DNA from: Nitrosarchaeum sp.
GTDB lineage: Archaea > Thermoproteota > Nitrososphaeria > Nitrososphaerales > Nitrosopumilaceae
NCBI GenBank assembly: GCA_965223865.1
Contig: OZ245020.1
Coordinates: 1,760,001-1,824,000, forward strand
Length of the DNA: 64,000 nucleotides
Direction of reading: 5' to 3'
The position numbers and the translations under genes are program-made. The notes under the pieces are model-generated. The model did not search any database and had not been told where the DNA came from. It worked only from the letters and a program-made list of their open reading frames with translations. This document shows positions 1 to 8,770 of the stretch, one piece after another (within the stretch, counting starts at the first letter, position 1; each line of letters begins with the position of its first letter).

Positions 1-1705
1 ACTTTTAAGACATCGTCTCTCTGAAACAAAATCCAATCAAATGAGACCAGAACTCGAATTTCATAAGGAGATGCTTAATATTTTTAATTCCATTCGAGAT
101 CTTCATACAAATTATGTTTTGCCAAGACCATTTTCAGATCATACTGCAGCACTGCCTTTTGAAATTGGCTCATACATACAAAATAAAAAACGAAAATTCA
201 TAGTAACAAAAATTTTTTCTGACACTCTTCCTTCTTCATTCAAGCCTGGTGTTGAGATCACTCATTGGAATGGGGTGCCAATGCATCGCGCTGTTGAGTT
301 AAATGCTGACCGTAATGCGGGAAGTAACCTTGCAGCTAGATTTGCAAGAGGCCTTGAAACAATGACTTTCAGACCCATGTCTTCTTTGTTACCGCCCGAT
401 GAAGAATGGGTAACTATTACCTACAAAACCTTGTCCGGAGATCATCTGGAATTTCAAGAATCTTGGATGGTGTATTCTCCTGATAATGCAGGCACTGCAA
501 GTAATCCAGATGTGGCATTGGCAAAATATTCTGATAATTTGGGAATTGATTTTCTTGCTGATCAACTTCATAATTTAAAAAAGATTACTTTTGCCCCAAA
601 AAAATTCTTTGAGATAGAAAAACGAATGGCAAAGGCACAATCTTCAAAAGAAAAAATAAAACTTGCTCAAGGATTAGAAAGTATTTTTCCTCGTGCTTTT
701 TATGCAAAAAAAATCAATGATGATATTGGATACATTCGTATCTACGAATTTTATATTGAACAAGGCCCAATTGAATTTGTTAACGAATTTCTCAGATTAT
801 TAAAACAACTTCCAAAAAAGGGACTGATAATTGATGTTAGAGATAATGGTGGAGGCTATGTTCTTGCCTCTGAGATGATTCTGCAATTTTTAACTCCAAA
901 TGAAATTATTCCTCAGCCTTTCCAATTTGTTAGCTCCCCAGTAACCCTTGAGATTTCACGAAACTTTGCTGATGCTAAACCGTGGGAAGATTCTCTATCG
1001 CGTGCAGTTAGTACTGGAGCAATATTTTCTCAAGGCCAACCATTAACTCCTTTTGAATATGCAAACTTTTATGGACAGCAGTACTATGGTCCAGTAGTCC
1101 TGATTACAAGCGCATTATGTTATAGTGCCACAGATATTTTTGCTGCAGGTTTTCAAGATCATAATATTGGACCTATAATCGGAATAGATGCCAATACTGG
1201 TGCAGGAGGTGCAAATGTTTGGGACTATGAGATTGTCCGTAGTGCCTTAAAGGGAACTCAGTATGAATTCAAAAGATTACCTCGTGGAACAAGCATGCGT
1301 GTATCTATTAGAAGAAATGTCAGAGTTGGAGAAAATGCAGGAACTCCTATAGAAGATCTTGGGGTGATTCCAGATATCTCATATCCACTTTCTCGCAAAG
1401 ATTTGCTCGAAGGTAATGCTGATTTGATTAAAGAAGCGACTAAAATCCTTGCAGAATTACCACAAAGACAATTTGATATGACATTTGAAGATCATGAGAA
1501 TACTATCGACATAGAGCTTATCTCTCTCGGGATTTCTCGTATTGATGTGTATGTCGATGGCAGACCTGTATTGACCAAATCTGTGTCTAATGGGGTAAAT
1601 AATTTTAGCATTGAGGCTTTGAGCAGTACTACAAAGCTGCTTGAGTTTGTAGGTTTGAAAAGAAACAAAATTGTTGCTAAAAGAAAATTCAATTTTGAAG
1701 ATTAG
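1..1705 (+). CDS. S41-family (tail-specific/tricorn-like) peptidase with PDZ-like region, 5'-truncated by window edge
   Basis: Motifs IGYIRI, GLIIDVRDNGGG, CYSATDIF (catalytic Ser region), G..TGAGG and EDLGVIPD. The frame is open from base 2 (LLRHRLSETKSNQ-M41), so the true start probably lies upstream of the window. Confidence 0.8.
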   Translation, partial: LLRHRLSETKSNQMRPELEFHKEMLNIFNSIRDLHTNYVLPRPFSDHTAALPFEIGSYIQNKKRKFIVTKIFSDTLPSSFKPGVEITHWNGVPMHRAVELNADRNAGSNLAARFARGLETMTFRPMSSLLPPDEEWVTITYKTLSGDHLEFQESWMVYSPDNAGTASNPDVALAKYSDNLGIDFLADQLHNLKKITFAPKKFFEIEKRMAKAQSSKEKIKLAQGLESIFPRAFYAKKINDDIGYIRIYEFYIEQGPIEFVNEFLRLLKQLPKKGLIIDVRDNGGGYVLASEMILQFLTPNEIIPQPFQFVSSPVTLEISRNFADAKPWEDSLSRAVSTGAIFSQGQPLTPFEYANFYGQQYYGPVVLITSALCYSATDIFAAGFQDHNIGPIIGIDANTGAGGANVWDYEIVRSALKGTQYEFKRLPRGTSMRVSIRRNVRVGENAGTPIEDLGVIPDISYPLSRKDLLEGNADLIKEATKILAELPQRQFDMTFEDHENTIDIELISLGISRIDVYVDGRPVLTKSVSNGVNNFSIEALSSTTKLLEFVGLKRNKIVAKRKFNFED

Positions 1706-1741
1706 TGGATCTCAGGGAATGTAATAAAGAATATTATTGTA

Positions 1742-1760
1742 ACGGACCCAACAGGAATAG
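1742..1760 (-). repeat. Degenerate copy of the tRNA-Arg 3' end (putative att-site relic)
   Basis: acggacccaacaggaatag (1742-1760) vs acggacccgaccggattcg (3540-3558): 15/19 identical, same orientation, intergenic. Confidence 0.45.
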
Positions 1761-1811
1761 GGTAGAAATTTGTCTTGATTTTGGTTCCAGTAGATAATTT
1801 TTTTAGTTTAT

Positions 1812-3293
1812 CTAAATGACGATGATTCCATTTTCAACCATGAAAGTTATTCCTTTTAGAAAGTCATCATCGGAAATTAGTCCCTGTGACCACCAGTCAG
1901 CATTGTTCTTAATCCATGTTGGAATTACATCTTTTTCTGAAATTGAACCCTGAGTTGTAGATGAGATTTGTAATATCTTTTCTTTAATCAAAAATTGAAT
2001 TCCTTGAATAAATGCGTCATCATCAATCTGTCCTTCTGCCCACCATCCAGCATTATTCTTAATCCAAGCAGGAATTTTAGAGGCTGAAATAAAATCGTCA
2101 TTTAATTTTTCAAGTAGAGGATTTTCATCAATTTCAATTTCAATAATAGCAGATCCACTCATGGACATATCAGGTTTTTCTTGTTCTGGTCCTGTACCGT
2201 GAACAAATATGGAATAACGTACAATTCCTGCTTCTTCCTCTATTGGAATAAGATGATGAACTCGACCAAACTCAGTAAACAGTTTTTCTTCTCCTATTTC
2301 TTGTGCATATGATCTCAATTTGTTGCCTTGCTCATCTACAATCCAAATATCATAATGAATTTGATCTAGGATTTCAACATCATTATACTTGCTGATGAAA
2401 TTTATTTTCCAGTCGATACTGCAGCCTTCAATTGGGTATTCTGGAGAATAGTTGTACTGAATCATCATGGAATACGTGTCTGTAGCAGCACGTTGACTTA
2501 CATAATCATAAAATTTTGTAGGACACTCCAACAACTCTTCTTTTTGAATTGTTTCTTTTACATCCTTGAAAGGATCATTTACCACATTTTCCTCATATTT
2601 TAACAGGGTGAATTGATACTGTATTGGAGGGTTGTCGGCAGTAGTCCTGGGATAAGTCAATGCTTTAACAGGAAAAGGGAAACCATCCACTATCCACATT
2701 TCATTGTCAGTTTCAACATACCAACCAACAACCACTGCATCCACATTTCCAACAGCAGAATCTATTGTTTCTATTCGGTGTGGGATTAATGGAGCATCAC
2801 TGCCACTCCCCAAATTACCAATATTGCCCCATTTGCCAGATCTAAACTCTTGTGGCCCATGAAGTCTATCATCTTCATTTGCAGTAGCAAAAGTAGAAAG
2901 CCAATTTAATGAAGACTTGATTGCAATGACATAATCAAAAAGAGCCTCATCAAATACTATGGGTTCAGGAGTAGTTTTACCAAGACCCCATGACCCTTTA
3001 GCGACTTTATCACCATCAATAATTACAACTTTTGCATCCCACAACGTTTCACTAATATTTTGAATCTCTCCTTTTATCCACATTTTCAATTCAATAGGGG
3101 AACAATCATTGAGATTTATTTCACATAAAGAATACTCAAAATAATTTCCTACTTCTAGACCTTCACCCAGATACCAGGTACCATCAACATCAACTCCGCC
3201 TGATATTTGAGCATCCTGACCATAAGAAAGAGGGGTGAATCCAATGCTACATAAAACAACTAACAGACTAATCTGCACTATCTTATTTTTCAT
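1812..3293 (-). CDS. Exported thaumarchaeal protein with C-terminal IPxWIKNNAGWW repeats
   Basis: N-terminal signal peptide. Two C-terminal repeats (IPAWIKNNAGWW, IPTWIKNNADWW) typical of Nitrosopumilus cell-surface proteins. Confidence 0.75.
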   Translation of the reverse strand: MKNKIVQISLLVVLCSIGFTPLSYGQDAQISGGVDVDGTWYLGEGLEVGNYFEYSLCEINLNDCSPIELKMWIKGEIQNISETLWDAKVVIIDGDKVAKGSWGLGKTTPEPIVFDEALFDYVIAIKSSLNWLSTFATANEDDRLHGPQEFRSGKWGNIGNLGSGSDAPLIPHRIETIDSAVGNVDAVVVGWYVETDNEMWIVDGFPFPVKALTYPRTTADNPPIQYQFTLLKYEENVVNDPFKDVKETIQKEELLECPTKFYDYVSQRAATDTYSMMIQYNYSPEYPIEGCSIDWKINFISKYNDVEILDQIHYDIWIVDEQGNKLRSYAQEIGEEKLFTEFGRVHHLIPIEEEAGIVRYSIFVHGTGPEQEKPDMSMSGSAIIEIEIDENPLLEKLNDDFISASKIPAWIKNNAGWWAEGQIDDDAFIQGIQFLIKEKILQISSTTQGSISEKDVIPTWIKNNADWWSQGLISDDDFLKGITFMVENGIIVI

Positions 3294-3328
3294 ATCTGAT
3301 TTTCAATTAAAAAGATACCAGACTAAAG

Positions 3329-3493
3329 TTAACTGTGTCGATAAATATCAAGATAGATCTGATTTGGTATTAATTTCAAGAATCGATACAGATTATTTTT
3401 GTACCTCTTGAATGTCTCAATATTTTTGATCGAATCAACAAAGACGTGATATAGATCGTCTATCTCGTTAATACTTTTCATTGAGATTTCCAT
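3329..3493 (-). pseudogene. Truncated N-terminal fragment of a putative tyrosine integrase (54 aa)
   Basis: MEISMKSINEIDDLYHVFVDSIKNIETFKRYKNNLYRFLKLIPNQIYLDIYRHS*. Resembles an integrase core-binding N-terminus (F.dsiKn.eT...Y...L..F). Starts 48 nt downstream of the tRNA 3' end. Confidence 0.55.
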
Positions 3494-3540
3494 GTATCAT
3501 GAGCATGTAATCGGAACTATTTTAGTCCCATGATAGTATA

Positions 3541-3615
3541 CGGACCCGACCGGATTCGAACCGGCGACCTAACGCTCCGCAAGCGTTCGCACTATCCATG
3601 CTATGCAACGAGTCC
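3541..3615 (-). tRNA. tRNA-Arg(GCG)
   Basis: Reverse complement GGACTCG...AACGC-TT-GCG-GA-GCGTT...GGTTCGAATCC...CGGGTCCG forms a cloverleaf; no encoded CCA. Confidence 0.95.
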
Positions 3616-3637
3616 GAAAAAGGTGATGAATTTACGC

Positions 3638-4498
3638 TTAATTTGGATTGCTATTTCTAGATTCTGCAAAAATGTATGGAGTGTCATCAGGTTCATTAAA
3701 CGTCCACACAGTTGGGAGAATCATCGTACTGAGTACTTTAAGATCATATTTGTCAATCAGTGTTCCCCATCCAAATTCAGACATTGGATCAGGAGGATAT
3801 TTTTGAGAAAAAGTTCCTACAAAAACCATCCCAAAGTTTTCCTTTAATACAGAGTTTTGTTGAATGTTTTCAAGTACTCCAGAAGCCAATGCAGTACCTC
3901 CCATTTGAGCTAATCCACCTATGAAAAAGGTAGGATGTGTTAATCTCAAAGAAGAATAATCAAAAGAGATGGCATCAGCACAGTTGGGATAAAAATTGAT
4001 TCCAGTTGATTTTGATATGGAATTTTGCAAATCAACAAGCATGTTATCAATTTCAATGCTGTAAGAATCCAAACCTAGGATTTTGGCACAATAAGCAATT
4101 CTTCCATCTCCTGATCCAATATCAATTACTTGTTTGTAATCAAGAGTTTTTGCCATAAGTGAAGAAATGTATGCAGAAAAAATCCAAGTTGGCGAAAAAG
4201 GAGCACGACTCGAAGCATATTGAATGCTATTCAGCCAATATTTGTTAATGTCACCTTCATATATGATACAATTTACATCTGAAATTTTTTGTTCAAAGGA
4301 ATTATAGTAAATTGGATTCTTTTTTGCAAACATATGAAGAAAGTTAAAATGTTCTTCTTCAAATGGAAATTTTTCAGAATTTGATACTGGAATTACTTCT
4401 TGGATATGACTTGTTCCCTTGTAAACTAGTACAAATTCTTGCTTTAGCTTAACCAGATTTACGGCAATCTCTTCAATCATTTGATAGTCCTTTGTCAT
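3638..4498 (-). CDS. Class I SAM-dependent methyltransferase-like protein
   Basis: VIDIGSGDGRI motif I followed by SIEID; start may be the second Met (MIEEI). Confidence 0.65.
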   Translation of the reverse strand: MTKDYQMIEEIAVNLVKLKQEFVLVYKGTSHIQEVIPVSNSEKFPFEEEHFNFLHMFAKKNPIYYNSFEQKISDVNCIIYEGDINKYWLNSIQYASSRAPFSPTWIFSAYISSLMAKTLDYKQVIDIGSGDGRIAYCAKILGLDSYSIEIDNMLVDLQNSISKSTGINFYPNCADAISFDYSSLRLTHPTFFIGGLAQMGGTALASGVLENIQQNSVLKENFGMVFVGTFSQKYPPDPMSEFGWGTLIDKYDLKVLSTMILPTVWTFNEPDDTPYIFAESRNSNPN

Positions 4499-4910
4499 AT
4501 TGTTCTACGAATTCTTTAGTGCTCATCTTCTGACGCAATTCCTCGTAAAGTTTGGCCTCATCTTCAATGTCAGATTTTGATTTTGGTTCAAAGTCCTGAG
4601 ATTGTAGATTTGCAGTAGTCTCCCGAATGGCATTTGTGAGTTGAACCATTATCTTAGGATGTATTTGAGAATTAAATCTAGAGATTTTTTGTTCGATTTC
4701 CTGAATTTTATCAAATCGTTTTTGATTGTCTTCTTTGAGCTGCTGTTTTAGCATGACAATCATAGAGGAAACATTCATGATTTGGTAATACATTTCAATA
4801 ATTTCATTTATAGAAAGTTCAGATTTTTTGATTGCATTTTTGATAAAGTTTTCTAGTTTTTCAGATTCATCATTGAATATACCAGAGATATCAGAAAAAG
4901 AAGTCATCAA
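4473..4910 (-). CDS. Hypothetical helical protein
   Basis: 145-aa ORF, overlapping and co-oriented with the downstream gene. Confidence 0.7.
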   Translation of the reverse strand: MMTSFSDISGIFNDESEKLENFIKNAIKKSELSINEIIEMYYQIMNVSSMIVMLKQQLKEDNQKRFDKIQEIEQKISRFNSQIHPKIMVQLTNAIRETTANLQSQDFEPKSKSDIEDEAKLYEELRQKMSTKEFVEQYDKGLSND

Positions 4911-4956
4911 GATTAAAGAGATTGTAAATTTTTAAAAATGTTGGTATTTGAAAAAA

Positions 4957-5670
4957 TCAGTTTTCTTTTTCAGCCTTGTTTACGTAGACATAATTCATTA
5001 GTAAACCGGCAATGATACCACCAACAATTGGTCCAACCCAATAGAGCCATTGAACTTCCCACAATCCAACATCACCTGCAATCAATGCTGGAGAAAATGA
5101 TCTTGCAGGGTTCATAGATGCACCTGTAAGAGGAACACCAATTAGGTGAAGCACGAAGACCATTCCACCGATTGTAATTCCATGAATTCCTGCAGCAGCT
5201 TTCTTGTGAACTGCGACCATATAGATAACAGTGACAAGGAAGAAAGTGAAGATAATCTCAAGTGCTAGAGCTGACATCATATTATTATTGATTAAATCGC
5301 TAGGACCGCCATGTGCACCCCAGAAAACCTCTTTTCCTATCACAGGGAAAATAGCAGCAAGAGAAGCAGTTGCAATTACAGCACCAATTATTTGGAATAC
5401 AATGTATCCAATTCCATCTGTAACTCCAATTTTCTTTGTGATGATCATTGGAATAGTGACTGCTGGATTGATATGTGCACCTGAAACATGTCCAAATGCA
5501 TAAACCATTAGTGCAATAGCAGAACCGTGTCCTAAAGATATCATGATTATAGCGTCAATTGACAGTCCATCTCCAAATGCTACAACAGATAGAATTACTG
5601 ATAATGGACCAAAGAATACCAAACAGAATGTAGCAATTGCTTCAGCAAGCCAATTTCTTGGAGTAACCAT
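4957..5670 (-). CDS. Aquaporin / MIP-family channel
   Basis: Two NPA motifs (SGAHINPAVT, GASMNPARS) and six hydrophobic segments. Confidence 0.95.
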   Translation of the reverse strand: MVTPRNWLAEAIATFCLVFFGPLSVILSVVAFGDGLSIDAIIMISLGHGSAIALMVYAFGHVSGAHINPAVTIPMIITKKIGVTDGIGYIVFQIIGAVIATASLAAIFPVIGKEVFWGAHGGPSDLINNNMMSALALEIIFTFFLVTVIYMVAVHKKAAAGIHGITIGGMVFVLHLIGVPLTGASMNPARSFSPALIAGDVGLWEVQWLYWVGPIVGGIIAGLLMNYVYVNKAEKEN

Positions 5671-5772
5671 CAAGCAACAGCCACTTCAATTTCCATATAA
5701 AAGATTCGGACTAAGTTTTTGGTCATTGTAAGTAACGAAGTAATTAATTATGTAAAGAGTTTTGAAGAGATT

Positions 5773-6243
5773 ATGATTTCAGAAGGCGATACTATACCAA
5801 AATTTGAAATTAATGATTCTGAAGGGAGTATAGTAAAATCCAGTGATTTTAAGGGTAAAAAACATGCAATCTATTTTTACCCCAAGGATTTTACTCCAGG
5901 ATGTACAACTGAGGCAGATGAATTTTCAAAAGATTACAAAAAATTTCAAAAAGAAGGAATTGAAATAATTGGAATTAGTCCAGATGATGTCAAATCTCAC
6001 AAAAAATTTTGTGATAAAATGGGAATAAAGTATCCACTTTTGGCAGATGTAGATAAAGAAGTTTCAAAAAAATTTGGTGTTTGGGGAATGAAAAAATTTA
6101 TGGGTAGAGAATACATGGGAGTCATGAGAAGTACTTTTTTGGTAGATGAAAAAGGAAAAGTTTTCAAGGTGTTTCCAAAGGTAAAACCAAAAGGTCATTC
6201 AAATGAAGTCTTAGAAGAATTTTCTAAATTAAAAAATAATTAA
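5773..6243 (+). CDS. bcp: Peroxiredoxin Bcp/PrxQ
   Basis: YFYPKDFTPGCTTEA peroxidatic motif and RSTFLVD; ATG at 5773 preferred. Confidence 0.92.
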   Translation: MISEGDTIPKFEINDSEGSIVKSSDFKGKKHAIYFYPKDFTPGCTTEADEFSKDYKKFQKEGIEIIGISPDDVKSHKKFCDKMGIKYPLLADVDKEVSKKFGVWGMKKFMGREYMGVMRSTFLVDEKGKVFKVFPKVKPKGHSNEVLEEFSKLKNN

Positions 6244-6264
6244 AGGAAAAAGATGGAAGGAAGA

Positions 6265-6718
6265 TCAGAACCCTTTGGGTAAAGTGCCTCTGGATGTTTT
6301 TGGTTTTTTAGGTTCTTGTTGTGGTTCGAATCCTTTTGGAAGAGAACCTCTTGTTGTTTTAGCCTGTTGTTGAGCTTCTTTTGCAATAATTTCAGCTTCG
6401 GCTTTTTCTCTTTCGATTCTTTCCCGCTCAATTCTTTTAAGATATTCTTTTTCATATTCTTCTCGTTGTTCTTTTATTGATTTTTCTCCTTTTTCACTTG
6501 AAGGCGGTGCTTGTTGTGTTTGAGCTTGTGATTTTTCCATTCCTTTTGGTAGTGTACCTTTTGGTTTTGTGGTTGCAGCTGGTCTTTCAGCTGGTTTTGT
6601 CTCAAGCTGGTTTTGTCTCAGCTGGGGCCTCTAATTCTGTAGATAGTTTGTTTAGTTTAGCTTCTAATTCTGCAATCTTGCTTTCAAGATCTTTTTTTGT
6701 TTGCTTTTTAGTTGCCAT
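6265..6718 (-). pseudogene. Short paralogue of the PKGTLPKGF repeat protein with a +1 frameshift at 6604-6605
   Basis: MATKKQTKKDLESKIAELEAKL...PAETKPA* then continues in the next frame as ETKPAERPAATTKPKGTLPKGMEKSQ...RGTLPKGF*. The span is 454 nt (3n+1), and ctcaagctgg replaces the repeat unit ctcagctgg. Confidence 0.8.
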
Positions 6719-6842
6719 TTCTTACACTACACACAGTATTGTTTATTTACATTTTGACTAGATTTAGATGTCAAATGAAAAAATCAAAATAGATCATCCA
6801 AAACACAATCACAAAAATAAGAAATCAATACAAAACCAGATC

Positions 6843-7034
6843 TTAATCAGGTTCCCAAAATTGCATTATATACAGACAATTATTGCATCGCCATGATCGT
6901 ACATGAATGCCATTATCAATATCAGAAACATACTTACCATTTTTTAATTTGCGTACATGTGGAAGATAGGACAGATCAGGATTGTCAAGCCATTCAGTTT
7001 GTCCACAGTTGTGGCATTTGATTTGTGGAGGCAC
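6843..7034 (-). CDS. Small zinc-ribbon protein
   Basis: CHNC...CNNC pair in 63 aa. Confidence 0.7.
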   Translation of the reverse strand: MPPQIKCHNCGQTEWLDNPDLSYLPHVRKLKNGKYVSDIDNGIHVRSWRCNNCLYIMQFWEPD

Positions 7035-7101
7035 ATATAGAAAAACACAGGATTAATGAATAATTTTGTGATTAAAAATAGAAAATAAAGAAGTTAGTGA
7101 A

Positions 7102-7950
7102 TTAGAAACCTTTTGGTAGTGTACCTTTTGGTTTTGGTTTTGGTGGTGGAGGTGGTGCTTGTTGTGTTTGAGCTTTTGCTGCTACACCTTCAACAGACAT
7201 AAGTTGACCACTAAAGCCTCCAAAGAATTTACCTCCAGGATAGCTTGCAAATCTTGCTTTGGTTGCAAAGTATTGATTTGATGGAGCTGTATATCCAGGT
7301 ACTTTGGTTTTTTGTTCATTCCAATTGGATGTTGGAACTTTGCCTACGGGGGCAGTTTTTCTAACCCAGTATCTGTGTGGTGCAGGTGAATAACCAGTTG
7401 TTATTGCTCGGTATCGGTGGAAATCAGTCATTGGTGCATCATAGTATGCATTCTCTAATGCTTCATGAAAAGTTGCAGGTAGTTGTGCTTCTGCTTCAGA
7501 TGGTTTTGGTGCTTCAGCTGGTTTAGCTTCTGCAGGTTTTTCTCCAAATCCTTTTGGTAGTGTACCTTTTGGTTTTGTGGTTGCAGCTGGTCTTTCAGCT
7601 GGTTTTGTCTCAGCTGGTTTTGTCTCAGCTGGTTTTGTCTCAGCTGGTTTTTCTCCAAATCCTTTTGGTAGTGTACCTTTTGGTTTTGTGGTTGCAGCTG
7701 GTCTTTCAGCTGGTTTTGTCTCAGCTGGTTTAGCTTCTGCAGGTTTTTCTCCAAATCCTTTTGGTAGTGTACCTTTTGGTTTTGTCTCAGCTGGTTTTGT
7801 CTCAGCTGGTTTTGTCTCAGCTGGTTTTGTCTCAGCTGGTTTTGTCTCAGCTGGGGCCTCTAATTCTGTAGATAGTTTGTTTAGTTTAGCTTCTAATTCT
7901 GCAATCTTGCTTTCAAGATCTTTTTTTGTTTGCTTTTTGGCAGCTACCAT
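7102..7950 (-). CDS. Coiled-coil plus Pro/Ala/Glu/Lys-rich repeat protein with recurring KGTLPKGF motif
   Basis: N-terminal heptads (LESKIAELEAKLNKL), PAETK tandem repeats, and four KPKGTLPKGF motifs including the C-terminus. Confidence 0.8.
   Translation of the reverse strand: MVAAKKQTKKDLESKIAELEAKLNKLSTELEAPAETKPAETKPAETKPAETKPAETKPKGTLPKGFGEKPAEAKPAETKPAERPAATTKPKGTLPKGFGEKPAETKPAETKPAETKPAERPAATTKPKGTLPKGFGEKPAEAKPAEAPKPSEAEAQLPATFHEALENAYYDAPMTDFHRYRAITTGYSPAPHRYWVRKTAPVGKVPTSNWNEQKTKVPGYTAPSNQYFATKARFASYPGGKFFGGFSGQLMSVEGVAAKAQTQQAPPPPPKPKPKGTLPKGF
7513..7855. repeat. Coding tandem repeats: 15-bp ctggttttgtctcag units inside larger repeated blocks
   Basis: Directly visible; the units encode PAETK, and the block tctccaaatccttttggtagtgtaccttttggttttgt recurs three times. 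Confidence 0.9.
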
Positions 7951-8048
7951 TAGTTGAAATTTAAATCCGGGGTTTATTTACATTTGGGTTGAATTTCAGC
8001 CACAAAAAGTGATCAAGTTTTATAAACACATAGAAACTAACCATAATA

Positions 8049-8423
8049 ATGGATGATTTTGAAAAAGAGTACCCAGGATTTGATTGGAAAAATACTCCGG
8101 CATACAAGCATCCAGGTGGAAAAAATTGTCCTTGCCCAAAACATGAATACATCAGAGAGCAAATTAACTTTACAAAGCAGGTTAACGAGAAAGGGAAAGA
8201 AGCATCAAAAATCACTCTAAAGTTTTGTCCCGATCATTATCGAGTATACATGGATGAAGTCATCCCTGCAATGCCTATGAAATATAAAATTCTGACAAAG
8301 ATAGCACTAAAGCTTGGTGCAATTCAAGTTGAACAGTTAAAGTACATGGAATCAGAATTGTGTTTTTACTGCAAGTTTGGGTCCGGTGGACATGATAAAA
8401 AGACAGAACTCCCACCGATGTAG
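8049..8423 (+). CDS. Cys/His-containing hypothetical protein
   Basis: CPCPKH, CPDH and CFYC motifs; tttataaa TATA-like element about 22 nt upstream. Confidence 0.75.
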   Translation: MDDFEKEYPGFDWKNTPAYKHPGGKNCPCPKHEYIREQINFTKQVNEKGKEASKITLKFCPDHYRVYMDEVIPAMPMKYKILTKIALKLGAIQVEQLKYMESELCFYCKFGSGGHDKKTELPPM

Positions 8424-8426
8424 AAT

Positions 8427-8660
8427 TTATTCTGGGCTAAGTAAAATTTTGGGTTTATTTGGAGTATCATGATGACAATTTTTTCCACATAAGGGACAAC
8501 GTTTTCTATCAAGAAATATGCATTGACAAATATGCGAATCAAGATATGATTTTGCAGGTTTGTTTGACTCACCCGTTCCATTACAAAAAGGACACTGTGT
8601 ATCTAAAAGCTCAATAATTCCATTTCCTTTACAAACTGCACATTTGTCATCAGCCATCAT
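8427..8660 (-). CDS. Small Cys-rich protein with DnaJ-like CxxCxGxG repeats
   Basis: CAVCKGNG and CPFCNGTG plus HICQC...CPLCGKNCHH. Confidence 0.7.
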   Translation of the reverse strand: MMADDKCAVCKGNGIIELLDTQCPFCNGTGESNKPAKSYLDSHICQCIFLDRKRCPLCGKNCHHDTPNKPKILLSPE

Positions 8661-8770
8661 TCATTTCCCGAGTAGAGAGAATTAAAATGCATGTGTTAAA
8701 ATTATTTCCAAAAAAATGGTTTTTACGTAAATCTAGTTAAGCTTATACTGTATCCTAATGCAGAAAAATA

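Noticed and set aside
3530-3847. 105-aa plus-strand ORF
   Set aside because: Antisense to tRNA-Arg and the methyltransferase gene.
6602-6604. In-frame TGA as selenocysteine or readthrough
   Set aside because: Downstream homology is in a different frame, so this is a +1 indel, not a recoded stop.
7513-7855. 15-bp repeats as CRISPR or iterons; protein as a sialidase
   Set aside because: Coding PAETK repeats with no catalytic domain; any such similarity would be low-complexity.
6240-7957. Alternative-frame and antisense ORFs (6240-6455, 6477-6761, 7455-7754, 7577-7957)
   Set aside because: Shadows of stop-free coding repeats.
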